64,000 nucleotides of DNA from an uncultured delta proteobacterium (GTDB taxonomy: Bacteria; Desulfobacterota; Binatia; UBA9968): positions 96,001 to 160,000 of the forward strand of contig CAWJZV010000004.1 of NCBI GenBank assembly GCA_963847445.1, written 5' to 3'. The notes beneath the pieces were generated by a model. That model was not told the origin of the DNA and ran no database searches. It saw only the letters and a list, made by a program, of their open reading frames with translations. This document shows positions 11,895-22,422 of this stretch, piece after piece. A program made the position numbers and the translations under genes. Positions within the stretch are counted from its first letter, which is position 1, and each line of letters begins with the position of its first letter.

Positions 11895-12553
11895 CGTTCC
11901 AGCGGCGGTTGAATGAGCACCTGGCCTTCATCCTTGATCAGACCATCGACGAGCACCCGGCGCCCGCTGACATGCAGGCGGCCTTCGGCGTAAAGCTGAA
12001 TCGCGCGGGGATAGATTCGATGCTCTTGCTTGAGAATCCGCGCCGCCAGTGATTCTTCCGTATCGTCGGGAAAAACCGGCACGACCGCTTGGATGATGAT
12101 CGGCCCCTCGTCGCACTCTTCGTTGACGAAATGCACCGTGCAGCCGGCAAAGCGCACGCCATGGTCGACGGCCTTCTTCTGCACATGAAGACCGGGGAAT
12201 GACGGTAGCAAGGCCGGGTGAATGTTCATGATGCGATTGGAGTAGGCCTTGATGAAAACCGGCGAGAGCAAACGCATGAAGCCGGCGAGCGACCACCAAC
12301 TCGACGCCGCGCCCGCGCAACAGATCGACTACCGCTTGATCGTAGGCTTCACGGCTCGGATACGCCTTGTGGTCCAAGACTTCGGTGGGGATGCCGTGAT
12401 TTTGCGCCCGCACCAGACCGAAAGCGTCGGCTTTGTTGCTCAAAACCAATTCGATCTTAGCGTCGAGTTTTTTAGCCTCAATGGCGTCGATGATCGCCTG
12501 CAGATTGGTACCGCCGCCGGAAAGCAAAACGCGATGGGAACTTGTCTTGCCAT
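11891..12553 (-). CDS. purN: Phosphoribosylglycinamide formyltransferase (frameshift near 12290)
   Basis: LSGGGTNLQAIID, MRLLSP, NIHPALLPSFPG, GCTVHFV...DEGPII. Confidence 0.96.
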
Positions 12554-12559
12554 ATTATT

Positions 12560-13603
12560 TTAAGAACGAATCGTTGCGCCCTTCGCTCCTTGGCGAATTT
12601 CACCGACGACAAAACTGCGCTCGCCAATGCGTTTCAGCGTTCGGACAACCGGGTCGGCGTCTTTCTTGTCGACGACGAGAATCATGCCCAGGCCCATATT
12701 GAACGTCGCGTCCATCTCCGGCTGGGCGACCGCGCCGATTTTTTGAATCAAGCCGAAGACCGGCGGCACCGGCCAACTCGCCCGCTCAATCACCGCGTGC
12801 CGCCCTTGCGGCAATACCCGCGGCAGATTGCCGCTGATACCGCCGCCGGTGATATGCGCCGCGCCTTTGATGCGAAATGCGCCGAACAGCTCCTGGTGAT
12901 TTTAGCGTAAATGCGCGTCGGTTCGAGCAGCTCTTCGCCGAGGGTGCGACCGAGCTCGGGAATACGCCGGCTTAATTTCAATCCGCCCCGTTCGAGCAGA
13001 ACCTTGCGCGCCAGCGAATAGCCGTTGCTGTGCAGTCCGCTGGCAGGGATGCCGATCAAGACATCGCCGGGAGTGATCGCCGCCGGCATCGATAATTTTC
13101 TTTTTCTCCAAAGCACCGACGACAAAGCCGGCGAGGTCGTACTCGCCTTTAGGAAAATCACCGGGATGCTCGGCGGTCTCGCCGCCGATCAGCGCACAGC
13201 CGGCCTGGCGGCAGCCGGCGGCGATGCCGCGCACCACCGCTTCGGTGATTTTCACGTCGAGCTTGCCGCAGACGAAGTAGTCCAGAAAAAACAGCGGCGT
13301 CGCGCCCTGAGTCAAGATATCGTTGACGCCCATGGCGACCAGATCGATGCCGATGGTGTCATGAACGCCGGTCTGAAAGGCGATCTTCAGCTTGGTGCCG
13401 ACACCGTCGGTGGACGAGACCAAGACCGGATCGCGATAGCCGCGCGATTTAAGATCGAATAGCGCGCTGAAGCCGCCGACGCCGGCGAGCACGCCGGGTA
13501 CCTTGGTTTTCTTGGCGATGGGGCCGATGCGCCGCACCAGTTCATCGCCGGCTTCGATGCTGACGCCGGCCTGGGCGTAAGTGAGACCTTTTGGAGTTGT
13601 CAT
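12560..13603 (-). CDS. purM: AIR synthetase (frameshifted)
   Basis: [56 protein letters not shown]. Confidence 0.97.
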
Positions 13604-13695
13604 TCGAATCTAGATTCATGTTCGAAGTCGTTACCGGTGGAGGCGATCATGCCTACGCCATCGCCAAGCATCATAGCGCACTGAGAACAGAAATT

Positions 13696-14508
13696 TCACA
13701 TGGTCGAGCCGATTGCCGTGGCATTGGCATCGCTGGCCGAGGCGAGCAGAGCGCGAATCTTGAGGGTGTATTCACCGAACTTGACCGCACTCATCATTTC
13801 CATGGTGCGTGGCCGCGGTAAATCGATGGCGATGGTCTCCAACAAGCGGCCCGGCCGCGCCGACATGACGAACACCAGGTCGGAGAGAAACACCGCTTCT
13901 TGAATGCTGTGAGTGACGAACAGGACGGTCTTCTTGCGCTCTTCCCAGATGCGCAGCAGCTCCATGTCCAACTCGTCGCGGGTCATGGCGTCGAGCGCGC
14001 CGAAGGGCTCGTCCATCAACAACAGCTGCGGGTCGGTCACCAGCGCGCGGCACAGCGAGGCGCGCTGCTGCATGCCGCCGGAGAGCTCGTGCGGATACAT
14101 CTCTTCGAAGCCGTCCAATCCGACGAGCTTGATCAAGGCGCGCGCCTTGTCGGCATAATTGGCGACATTGAGTTTAGCGAACTCCACCGGCAGGAGCACG
14201 TTGCCCAGCACCGAGCGCCATTTGAGCAGCACCGGCGCCTGGAAAACCATGCCGACATTTTCCAGCGGACTATCGACCCGATGGCCGGCCACCGTGACCG
14301 TGCCGAAGGATGCCGGCATCAAGCCCGAGATGATTTTCAGCAACGTGCTTTTGCCGCAGCCGCTCGGACCGACGATGGCAACGAAGTTGCCCGGTTGGAT
14401 GTCGAAGGAGACATTATCCAGCGCCGTAACGGTCCGGCTCGCGGTCGAGAACACCCGCGAGACTTGTTGGACGGCGATCAGCGGCGGCACGTCATCACTT
14501 TCGACCAA
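13696..14508 (-). CDS. ABC ATP-binding protein, TauB/SsuB-like
   Basis: GPSGCGKST, LSGGMQQR, LLMDEPFGALD, FVTHS. Confidence 0.93.
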   Translation of the reverse strand: MVESDDVPPLIAVQQVSRVFSTASRTVTALDNVSFDIQPGNFVAIVGPSGCGKSTLLKIISGLMPASFGTVTVAGHRVDSPLENVGMVFQAPVLLKWRSVLGNVLLPVEFAKLNVANYADKARALIKLVGLDGFEEMYPHELSGGMQQRASLCRALVTDPQLLLMDEPFGALDAMTRDELDMELLRIWEERKKTVLFVTHSIQEAVFLSDLVFVMSARPGRLLETIAIDLPRPRTMEMMSAVKFGEYTLKIRALLASASDANATAIGSTM

Positions 14509-14515
14509 GGGCAGG

Positions 14516-15530
14516 TTAGCGCTTGATAAACTGGTTGGTGTAGACTTCTTTGGCGCTCACCTTGCGGCCGACATCGAAGTACTCGTTGACCACCCTGACA
14601 GTTTTTTCCATGATCTCGGGCTTCATGTAACCCATGCCGACATTGACCGACTCCAACGGCAGGAACACTTCGGTCAGTGCGTTCTTGAGCTGCTGCGTGG
14701 TCAGCGACCGAATCGAGTTCGGGTTTGTGCTTGAGCAGAATCTTTAGCGCCTCTTCCTGATTGTCGCGCGCATATCGCAGCCCTTCCAAAGTTCCTTCGA
14801 CATAGGCGCGCACGAACTCCGGCCGTTTTTTGACATCCTCATCCTTGACGATCAGACTGGTGCCGTAAATATCCAGACCGGTGTCTTTCATGAACACGCG
14901 GCTGAGCTTGACGCCGACCTTCGATGCCGCCATCTCGGCGACTTCATCGTTGGACGCCCGGAACATAATAATGAAGTCGGCTTTCTTGGTCGCCAACGCC
15001 GCGGGCTGGATCGGCGCCGCGGTTTCTTGAATCTTGATCGCTTTGAAATCGATCTTGTTGATGCGCGCGTAGGCCGGCATCAGGAACCACTGCGCCTGCC
15101 CCGGGCTGATCGCCAACGATTTACCGGGAAGATCCTTGATGCTTTTGATCACACCCTCGTCGCGCCACAGAATCGTCGCGCCGACATAACCGAACTGCGC
15201 CGCCGCTTGCACCGGTGTGCCGCGGGATTTGGCGACGATCATGGTCGCGGCATCGGCGAAACCGAAGTCGGCGCCGCCGGAACCGATGGTGCGCACGGTG
15301 TCCGCCGAGCCGGTGCTCGCCTGAATCGTCGCCGCCAAACCGCGCTTGGCGTAGAAACCTTTTTCCAAAGCGACATACCAGGGCGCATGCTTGCCGCCGA
15401 TGATGAAGTCCATGCGCATGTTCGCCGGCGTCAGCTCGGCCGCCGGGGCTGAATTCACCGCGCCAAAAACCGGCAGCGCCAAGAGCGCCGCAGCCACAGC
15501 AGCCGTCGCTGTCTCGAATAGAGATTTCAT
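14516..15530 (-). CDS. ABC substrate-binding protein, NMT1/THI5-like (frameshift near 3' end)
   Basis: Signal peptide, HAPWYVALEKGFY, GSADTVR, FVRAYVEGTLEG; true end ...YTNQFIKR-TAA. Confidence 0.88.
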
Positions 15531-15552
15531 CGTTTCCTCCGCATATGGAAAA

Positions 15553-16329
15553 TCAAAACGAACCTTCGACTTCGCGCACCGCCGCGCTCCAGGGCGCCAG
15601 TTTTCTCTGGCAAAACTCCGCCAACCAAAATAGGCCGAGAGACAACACCGCGAGAATCAGCAAGATCACCAGTGCGAACGCCGTATCCAAACTATAGTTG
15701 GCTTGCAGGACCAAATATCCCAAGCCTTCGTTGGCGGCGACAAACTCGGCGACGATGGCGCCGGTGACCGACAGCACGATGGCGACCTTGATACCGGCGA
15801 ACATATAGGGCAGCGAGTTGGGCAGGCGGATTTTTTTAAAGACATCCCAAGCCGAGCCGCGGTTGATGCGCGCCAGCTCCAACAGCTCGGGCTCGACTTC
15901 TTTCAGTCCGACCACGGTGTTGACGACGATGGGAAAAAACGCCACCAGGAAAGCGATGGAAATCTTCGAAAACATGCCATAACCGACCCAGATCACCATC
16001 AGCGGCGCAAACGCGCTTTTCGGCATGGCGTAGAGAATCACGATCAATGGATAGATGGTGTTTTGCAAGTGGCGTGAGTAAACCACCGAAATGGCGAAAC
16101 CAACGCCGAGAATCAGCGAAAGTGCGAAGCCGCCGAAGGCTTCAATGAAAGTGATCAGTGAATGGTGGCCCAAGATCGGCAGTTTTTTGAAGAACGCAGT
16201 CCACAAATCCCGCGGCGGCGGCAAGATAAACGAGGGAACCTTGATGACTTCGACGAGGATTTCCCACAATACCAATAGGACGAGAAAGAAGACCACCGGC
16301 TCGGCGACATTTTTCCAAGAAGATTTCAC
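15553..16329 (-). CDS. ABC permease, TauC/SsuC-like
   Basis: ILPPP, PKSAFAPL..IW.G.G, FFPIVVNT, RLPNSLPY, GAIVAEF. Confidence 0.92.
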   Translation of the reverse strand: MKSSWKNVAEPVVFFLVLLVLWEILVEVIKVPSFILPPPRDLWTAFFKKLPILGHHSLITFIEAFGGFALSLILGVGFAISVVYSRHLQNTIYPLIVILYAMPKSAFAPLMVIWVGYGMFSKISIAFLVAFFPIVVNTVVGLKEVEPELLELARINRGSAWDVFKKIRLPNSLPYMFAGIKVAIVLSVTGAIVAEFVAANEGLGYLVLQANYSLDTAFALVILLILAVLSLGLFWLAEFCQRKLAPWSAAVREVEGSF

Positions 16330-16503
16330 AGCTGCACTCCGCGCCGACGTTAATGGAAAGCTTCCGTGGAGTCAAGAAATTGCCCGAGGCAATGATTTTT
16401 CAGAAGCCGGACAAGCTCGACGCACCACGGTCGATGGCGGCGAATTGCGCGATCACGGCGATATGTTGGAAAAGAGCGCAACGGTTACAGCAGCAGGAGC
16501 GCC

Positions 16504-16767
16504 ATGGCACAGAATAAGTTTACCGCCACCGCGCTTATACGAAGCCTGGCCGGTGCTTTCTCGCCCCGACCGCGTCGAAGGCTTCGAGTTCTTGCAACGG
16601 AACGACGCCGAATCGTTTTTCCTGCAATTGGACGCTCGCAACCGCGCCAATTCGGTGCTCGACCTGGCGCCGGGTGAACGCCGCTGGTCGCAACCTTGGT
16701 CGACGTCACCGGTCTGGTGATCTATTTTACCGTCGCGGCCGTGGTCCTGCGCGGCACTCTGCTATAG
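16504..16767 (+). pseudogene. mgtE: Internally deleted second mgtE (N-terminus fused to last TM helix)
   Basis: AGGAG RBS plus ATG, then LYEAWPVLSRPDRVEGFEFLQRNDAESFFLQL...LAPGERR joined out of frame to PLVATLVDVTGLVIYFTVAAVVLRGTLL-TAG, a typical MgtE C-terminus. Confidence 0.75.
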
Positions 16768-16807
16768 GACGGAAGCAATCTCTCGGCAGTCAATTCCGAC
16801 TCCGGCC

Positions 16808-16860
16808 TTGAACCTTTGAACTTTTGAACCTTGAACGCACCGCGACCGCGGTAACGCGAT
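16808..16860. repeat. TTGAAC(C/T) 7-8-bp tandem repeat plus GC-rich tail
   Basis: ttgaacct ttgaactt ttgaacc ttgaac followed by gcaccgcgaccgcggtaacgcg; related element at 53624. Confidence 0.8.
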
Positions 16861-16867
16861 CACTGAC

Positions 16868-18028
16868 CTAAGGTTCTTCCTGCTCGTGCTTCAACTGGCT
16901 ATGCTCAAGCTGCGTCTCGCGCTTGCGCCGGATCATCTCGCGCTCCTGGGCGAGGAAACGTTCGACGGCGCGGCGAAACTGTCCGTCGACGATGTAGTGA
17001 ACGCTGGTGGTGTGTTCCGGGTCGAGACCGCGCAATTGCTTAAAACTGCCGCCGGCGCCGGCCTCGAAGCGTTCGAGGCCGGTGCGAATCGAATGCTCGA
17101 TGGCCGAGTAGTAACAGACATTGAAGTGAAGAAACGGATGTTCCTCGGCGCATCCCCAGTAGCGGCCATACATCGCCTGGTCATCGCGCACGTTGAAGGT
17201 GCCGGCAATGATTTTGCCGTCGCGCTCGGCGAGCATCAAGCAGAGATGGGCGGCAAAGCGTTTGTGCAGTTCGTCAAAAAATTCCTGGGTCAAATACTGC
17301 CGGCCGTAATACAGCCGGTCGACATGGCCCTTGTATAGGCGAAACATCGTGCGCAGCTGTTTTTGCGTGAGCTCGGCGCCCTCATAGGCGCGGATCGTGA
17401 TGCCGCGTTCGGCCACCTCGCGCCGCTCGCGCTTAACTTTGTTACGCCGGTCACTGCGAAAGCTGCCAAGATAGTCATCGAAGGAATTAAAGCTGCGATT
17501 CTGCCAATGATACTGAATGCCGTGGCGTGGCAAGAAACCCACCGCTTCGAGCGCCTCGCGTTCGTCGGCCAGGCAAAAGTTAACATGCACCGACGAGATC
17601 TTGTTGTCGGCGGCGATCTTGGCCAGCGCCTGGCCCATGAACTGAATCAACTGCGGCCGGTCTTCGCCCGGCGCGGTGATGAAACGGTGGCCGGTCACCG
17701 GCGTGAACGGCACGCCGACCAGCATCTTGGGATAATATCGGATGCCCGCATGGTGCGCCGCCTCGGCCCATTCGTAGTCAAAAACGAACTCGCCCATGCT
17801 GTGCAGCTTCAAATACATCGCGCAGGCCGCAATCAACGCACCGTCCTTTTCCACGACAATATGATGCGGCAACCAGCCGCTCTGATCGTTGACACAGCCC
17901 GACTGTTCGAGGCTTTCCAACCAATCCCACTTGAGAAACGGCGTCGCCGCGCCGACCAGCGCATCCCAACGCTCGCGCGGCACATCGGCAATTTTCTGCA
18001 CCACTCGCAGGCTAATTTGCTCGGCCAT
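16868..18028 (-). CDS. GNAT/FemAB-like protein (DUF482 family)
   Basis: KLHSMGEFVFDYEWA, YYPK...VPFTPVTG, QYHWQN, LYGRYWG-like MYGRYWG, LHFNVCYY, FEAGAGG. Confidence 0.9.
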   Translation of the reverse strand: MAEQISLRVVQKIADVPRERWDALVGAATPFLKWDWLESLEQSGCVNDQSGWLPHHIVVEKDGALIAACAMYLKLHSMGEFVFDYEWAEAAHHAGIRYYPKMLVGVPFTPVTGHRFITAPGEDRPQLIQFMGQALAKIAADNKISSVHVNFCLADEREALEAVGFLPRHGIQYHWQNRSFNSFDDYLGSFRSDRRNKVKRERREVAERGITIRAYEGAELTQKQLRTMFRLYKGHVDRLYYGRQYLTQEFFDELHKRFAAHLCLMLAERDGKIIAGTFNVRDDQAMYGRYWGCAEEHPFLHFNVCYYSAIEHSIRTGLERFEAGAGGSFKQLRGLDPEHTTSVHYIVDGQFRRAVERFLAQEREMIRRKRETQLEHSQLKHEQEEP

Positions 18029-18185
18029 GATTCTAATCCTAGCTGATACTTTGGCTCTTTTATACTTTTACGCCAAAGATTGGAATCGGAACCGCTTTTG
18101 GCGCGTTGATACCCCTTGGGCCCGGCGCCCACCCTTGACAAGCCGTCCCGGCGCCCTTATTGATTGTCTCAGCGGTCGATTTCTT

Positions 18186-18632
18186 ATGGTAATTTACAAT
18201 CTCCTCTGTAAGAAGAAACATAGCTTCGAAGGCTGGTTTCCGAGCTTCGAAGATTTCCAGAAACAGGCCGACAAAAAACTTATCTCCTGTCCCACCTGCG
18301 GCACCACCAAAGTCGAAAAAGTGCCGCACGCCTGCGCCGTCCATGTCAAGAAAGAGCAGCCGCCCGCGCCGCCAGCAAAGAATCCGGCACCGGCACCGGC
18401 TGCGCCGCCGAGCGCCGCTGAATTCAAGGAAATGCTCCTGCGCGTCCATCACTACGTCAAAGAGAACTTTGAAGACGTCGGCCCACGCTTCGCCGAGGAA
18501 GCCAAGCAGATCCACAAAGGCGAAGCGGCTGAGCGACCGATTCACGGCACCGCCACCATCAGCGAGGTCAAAGAGCTCGCCGAAGAAGGCGTGCCCTGCA
18601 TGCCGCTGCCCAAACCCGAGCTCGATAGCTAA
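18186..18632 (+). CDS. DUF1178 family protein
   Basis: MVIYNLLC...HSFEGWF, CPTCG...VEK, ENFEDVG.RFAEEA..IH.GEA..RPIHG.AT. Confidence 0.88.
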   Translation: MVIYNLLCKKKHSFEGWFPSFEDFQKQADKKLISCPTCGTTKVEKVPHACAVHVKKEQPPAPPAKNPAPAPAAPPSAAEFKEMLLRVHHYVKENFEDVGPRFAEEAKQIHKGEAAERPIHGTATISEVKELAEEGVPCMPLPKPELDS

Positions 18633-18735
18633 TCTTGGTTCCCGCAGAATTCTCATGCAAAGCGCCGCTAGCGGCGCTTCATGTTTCATACCATGCAGCA
18701 AAGCCGTCCGCTCTTCAGAAGTCACCATGCCCAGC

Positions 18736-18780
18736 TGTCATGCTGAGCAAAGCGAGGAGTTTCGTCCTCCTTCGCGGCGT
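18736..18780. repeat. Degenerate REP-like element (GTCATGCTGAGCnnAGCGA type)
   Basis: tgtcatgctgagcaaagcgaggagtttc; related to ccgttcgtgctgag.ctgtcgaag (20137) and atcctgagccgcgtcgaag (20990). Confidence 0.5.
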
Positions 18781-18862
18781 AAGCAGGTATCGTAACATCC
18801 TCCCTTGCATTCGCCGCGCTTCTACGAAATAGAATCGTCAGTGCGCTGAAACGGGAGGTTCC

Positions 18863-19945
18863 ATGCTGCTGATCAATAACAAAGTCGTCGAACAAATCCT
18901 CGACATGAAGGGCTGCATCGAAGCCCTCGATACCGGCTACCGCGACCTGGTCAACGAACGCGCCAACTACCGCGGCCGTTACGACTTCTTCGTGCCCAAC
19001 GACGATCCTAAACTGATGTACCGCTGGGGCACCATGGAAGGCGCGTCGCGATCCTTCGAGACCTTCGCGATCAGAATGAAGTCCGACATGCTCGAGTGGC
19101 CCGATGGCAAGACCGTGGAAAAGTACTGCGTCCAGCCCGGCACCTTCTGCGGTTTTGTCATGGTTTTTTCGACCAAGAACGGCGAACCGCTGGCGATCAT
19201 CAACGACGGCATCATCCAGCACATGCGCGTCGGCGCCTGCGCCGGCCTCGGCGTGAAGTATCTCTCCCGCGAAGATTCCAAAACCGTCGGCATTTTCGGT
19301 TCCGGCGGCATGGCGCGCACCTATCTCCTGGCGTTCAACGAGGTGCGCAAGATCACCAAAGTAAAAGTCTACAGCCCGACCAAGAAGAATCGCGAAACCT
19401 ACGCCGATGAGATGGGCAAAAAATTGGGCATGGAAATCATTCCCGTGGACAAACCGGAAGAAGTCCTGCGCGGCTCCGACATCGTCGCCACCTGCACCGA
19501 TTCAATCCAAGTCTTGGTCAGCGATCCAGACCTGATTGAATCCGGCATGCATCTCACCTGCGTCAAAGCCAACGAGTGGAGCCCCGAGATCGTCAAGCAG
19601 TCCGACGTAGTGATTCGCATGGGCCGCCCAACATTGAATCTCGATGTCGGCCAGCTGCGCATCGGCGGCGAAGCCGCCGTGGTCGCCGGCAACGCCGAAG
19701 AGATCAAGCGCATCGCCAATCCGAAGGTCGACATCTTTTCCAGAGACTATCCGCTGCTCACCGACGTCATGGCCGGCAAGCTCCAAGGCCGCACCGACAA
19801 GAACCAAGTCACCTTCTTCGCCAACAGCGGCACCCAAGGATTGCAATTCGCTTCCACCGCCGGCTGCGTCGTCCGCGAAGCGAAAAAACGCGGCCTCGGC
19901 CAAGAGATTCCCACCGATTGGTTTTTGCAGGATATTCGCGACTGA
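18863..19945 (+). CDS. Ornithine cyclodeaminase/mu-crystallin family protein
   Basis: G.PLAIIND..IQHMRVGA, GIFGSGGMAR Rossmann motif, DIVATCTDS, GLQFA. Confidence 0.9.
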   Translation: MLLINNKVVEQILDMKGCIEALDTGYRDLVNERANYRGRYDFFVPNDDPKLMYRWGTMEGASRSFETFAIRMKSDMLEWPDGKTVEKYCVQPGTFCGFVMVFSTKNGEPLAIINDGIIQHMRVGACAGLGVKYLSREDSKTVGIFGSGGMARTYLLAFNEVRKITKVKVYSPTKKNRETYADEMGKKLGMEIIPVDKPEEVLRGSDIVATCTDSIQVLVSDPDLIESGMHLTCVKANEWSPEIVKQSDVVIRMGRPTLNLDVGQLRIGGEAAVVAGNAEEIKRIANPKVDIFSRDYPLLTDVMAGKLQGRTDKNQVTFFANSGTQGLQFASTAGCVVREAKKRGLGQEIPTDWFLQDIRD

Positions 19946-20052
19946 GCGCGGCTGAAGCAATCGTCGATTTCCAGAATGTTGCGATTAGCCGAAGACTTTC
20001 GCGCGCGTTGAATCTAAACATTCCCCGCAGCTTGCTGCGGGTACCATCAAAT

Positions 20053-20163
20053 GGGGAATCCAAAGGGGGCGAGCATCCCCTTTGGTCGCGTGCGGGGTTA
20101 ATACCCCGTACGCGAAATGCCTTGTTTATTGTTTCTCCGTTCGTGCTGAGACTGTCGAAGAAC
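20053..20163. repeat. Palindromic REP-like elements between convergent genes
   Basis: ccaaagggg..cccctttgg hairpin; cgtgcgggg ttaata ccccgtacg hairpin; ccgttcgtgctgagactgtcgaag. Confidence 0.6.
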
Positions 20164-20165
20164 TC

Positions 20166-20831
20166 CTAAGAATCTTTCGAACTCACCAGCGAAGCAGCGT
20201 TCCACTCTGAATGTTTCGGCAGCAAGCCGCGCGCACTGAGCGTCCGCGCCACGCGCGCTTGATAGAGCTGCATCAACTGCAGCGCCACAGCATCTCCTTC
20301 AATAATTCCCAGCGCAGCGGCGATAGCCAGCAGTGTCGCCATTCCTTCCCGCCGGCTCTGGGCGCGCAACTGAAAGGCCGAATCGTTCGGCGTGCTGATC
20401 TTTACCCGCGGCACGTCTCTGAGTTCGAGTTGGCGGGAATGAATCTTGCGCGCTTGGCGCCAGGTGCCGTCAGGCACGATCAACTGAATCGGCCTCGGCT
20501 CTTGGGCAACCAGCGCCGGAGTGAGTTCGACGGCATCCGCGCTCGGGTAAAACAGCAACGACCGATAGTGCGGAGACAGCAAATCGCTCAGATCGAGCGT
20601 TTCCCGGCTCTCGCCGCGTATGCGCAATTCGCTATTGACCAGCGCTCGGCGCGCCAGCATGCCGGTGTTGCTGCTGCGCAACAGCTCGTGACGATGGATC
20701 ACCAGCGTCACCTTCGTGCGCAAATCCAAGCGCGGCAACACCGCGCACATGCACAGCGTCAGCGACGAGCCACAGGCCGAACAGCGCTGCTTTGCTTTGC
20801 CGATACCCTTCAACGATAGTTTCCTCGACAA
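20166..20831 (-). CDS. DTW-domain tRNA-uridine aminocarboxypropyltransferase (TapT/YfiP-like)
   Basis: RC..C....LC.C, H..E....SNTG, LFYPS, LIVPDGTWRQA, LR. Confidence 0.88.
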   Translation of the reverse strand: MSRKLSLKGIGKAKQRCSACGSSLTLCMCAVLPRLDLRTKVTLVIHRHELLRSSNTGMLARRALVNSELRIRGESRETLDLSDLLSPHYRSLLFYPSADAVELTPALVAQEPRPIQLIVPDGTWRQARKIHSRQLELRDVPRVKISTPNDSAFQLRAQSRREGMATLLAIAAALGIIEGDAVALQLMQLYQARVARTLSARGLLPKHSEWNAASLVSSKDS

Positions 20832-20899
20832 ACTTATAACTTTCCATACGGGACAATGCCATCGGCAAGTTTGTCGAATCGCTGCCGACTCCGATTCTC

Positions 20900-21068
20900 G
20901 TCACTCCGACGCAGGCCGGAATCCTGGCGTCCGATACCGTTGAAAAACGGTGGCCAGGGGGATGATGGTCTGGATGGCGGTTGGAGTTTATCCTGAGCCG
21001 CGTCGAAGAGCGTGCATGAAACGGAATTTTGCTGCGCAGGAAGCATGCCCTGAGCGCGCGCGAAAAAC
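20900..21068. repeat. Cluster of degenerate REP-like elements
   Basis: gtcactccgacgcaggccggaatcc; ttatcctgagccgcgtcgaag; atgccctgagcgcgcgcgaa. Confidence 0.5.
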
Positions 21069-21177
21069 GTGCGGCTTCAACCGACCCCGAGCGCAACGCT
21101 ACGATTTTCTTGGCTTGTAAAAATCCGGCCGCGGGAATAAGTACAAACACGATAGTCTGAAGCACCGGGAAGCCGCC

Positions 21178-22422
21178 ATGTCCCTAAAACAAAAACTTTC
21201 AGATCAGGTTCGCGAACTGCGCCAAACCGATTCGATTCTCTGGATGATCGCCTTGGGCCATACCTTTACCCACTGGTGTCCGGCCACTTTCTATTTGCTG
21301 CTGCCGTTCTTGGTTAAGGAAATGGGACTGACTTACAGCCAAGCCGGTTTTCTGGTCACGATCCGCGCCGCGGCCAATCTGTTGATCAATATACCGGCCG
21401 GCATGCTCGTCGACTTGATCGGCAAGAAGGCGCTGCTGATGGCGCTCGCGCTGGTCGCCACCGGCGTGCCCTACTTTCTCGTCGGCGTCAGCCAGAACTA
21501 TTTTTGGATCGCTTTGTTCATGGCGTTTGTCGGTGTCGGCAATTATCTTTGGCATCCGGCGGCGATCTCGACGCTGTCGGAGCGCTATCCCGACAAACGC
21601 GGCTTTGCCATCGCGATCCACGCCATGGGACCCAACGTCGGTGAAAGCCTGGCGCCGCTGTTCGTCGGCATCTTGTTGCTCTACCTATCCTGGCGCAACG
21701 TGCTGTTCATCAATTTGATTCCAGGAATCGTCATCGCCTTCGTCCTGTGGAAGTTTCTCTTTGGCAAGCTCGAAAGCCGCGCCCAGGCGCAAAAAGGCTT
21801 GTCAGCAAAAGAGTACTTTTCCGGCATGAAAAAGCTCGCGCAGAACCCGAGCATTCTCATGCTCGTCCTGGTCGCCGGCATGCGCTCGATGACCCAGCAA
21901 GGGTTGCACACGTTCATTCCGATCTACCTGACTAACGACCTTGGACTTTCGAGCGCCGTGGCCGGGCTCTATCTCTCGGTCATCCAAACCGCCGGCCTGG
22001 TCGGCACCCCCATCGCCGGCAGCATCTCCGATCGCAGCGGCCGAAAGCGCGTCCTCTCCGCCGGCCTATTTTCCACCAGCATCGCGCTCGTGGTGCTCGC
22101 CTACTTTCGCTTGAATTGGTTATTTATCAGCGGCCTGGCGATGCTCGGCTTTTTCCTCTACGCCGTGCGGCCGGTGATCTGGGCCTGGGTGCTCGACCTC
22201 AGTCCCAAGGAAGTCGGCGGCAGCACCGTGAGTTTTTTCTCCGGCGCGCAGTCATTGCTGAGCTCGGTATCGCCGTGGTTGTGCGGACTCATCGCCGACC
22301 GCTGGGGCATCTTGAGCGCCTTCTATTTTCTCGCCGGCACGGTGTTCGTCGCCAATCTCATCGTCATGGCGATCCGTGAAGAAGGCAAAGAGCCGGCGGC
22401 GCTCGTGCAAGAGCCAGCATAA
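21178..22422 (+). CDS. MFS transporter
   Basis: 12-TM hydrophobic pattern, G.LVDLIGKK and GSISDRSGRK motif A, WHPAA. Confidence 0.92.
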   Translation: MSLKQKLSDQVRELRQTDSILWMIALGHTFTHWCPATFYLLLPFLVKEMGLTYSQAGFLVTIRAAANLLINIPAGMLVDLIGKKALLMALALVATGVPYFLVGVSQNYFWIALFMAFVGVGNYLWHPAAISTLSERYPDKRGFAIAIHAMGPNVGESLAPLFVGILLLYLSWRNVLFINLIPGIVIAFVLWKFLFGKLESRAQAQKGLSAKEYFSGMKKLAQNPSILMLVLVAGMRSMTQQGLHTFIPIYLTNDLGLSSAVAGLYLSVIQTAGLVGTPIAGSISDRSGRKRVLSAGLFSTSIALVVLAYFRLNWLFISGLAMLGFFLYAVRPVIWAWVLDLSPKEVGGSTVSFFSGAQSLLSSVSPWLCGLIADRWGILSAFYFLAGTVFVANLIVMAIREEGKEPAALVQEPA

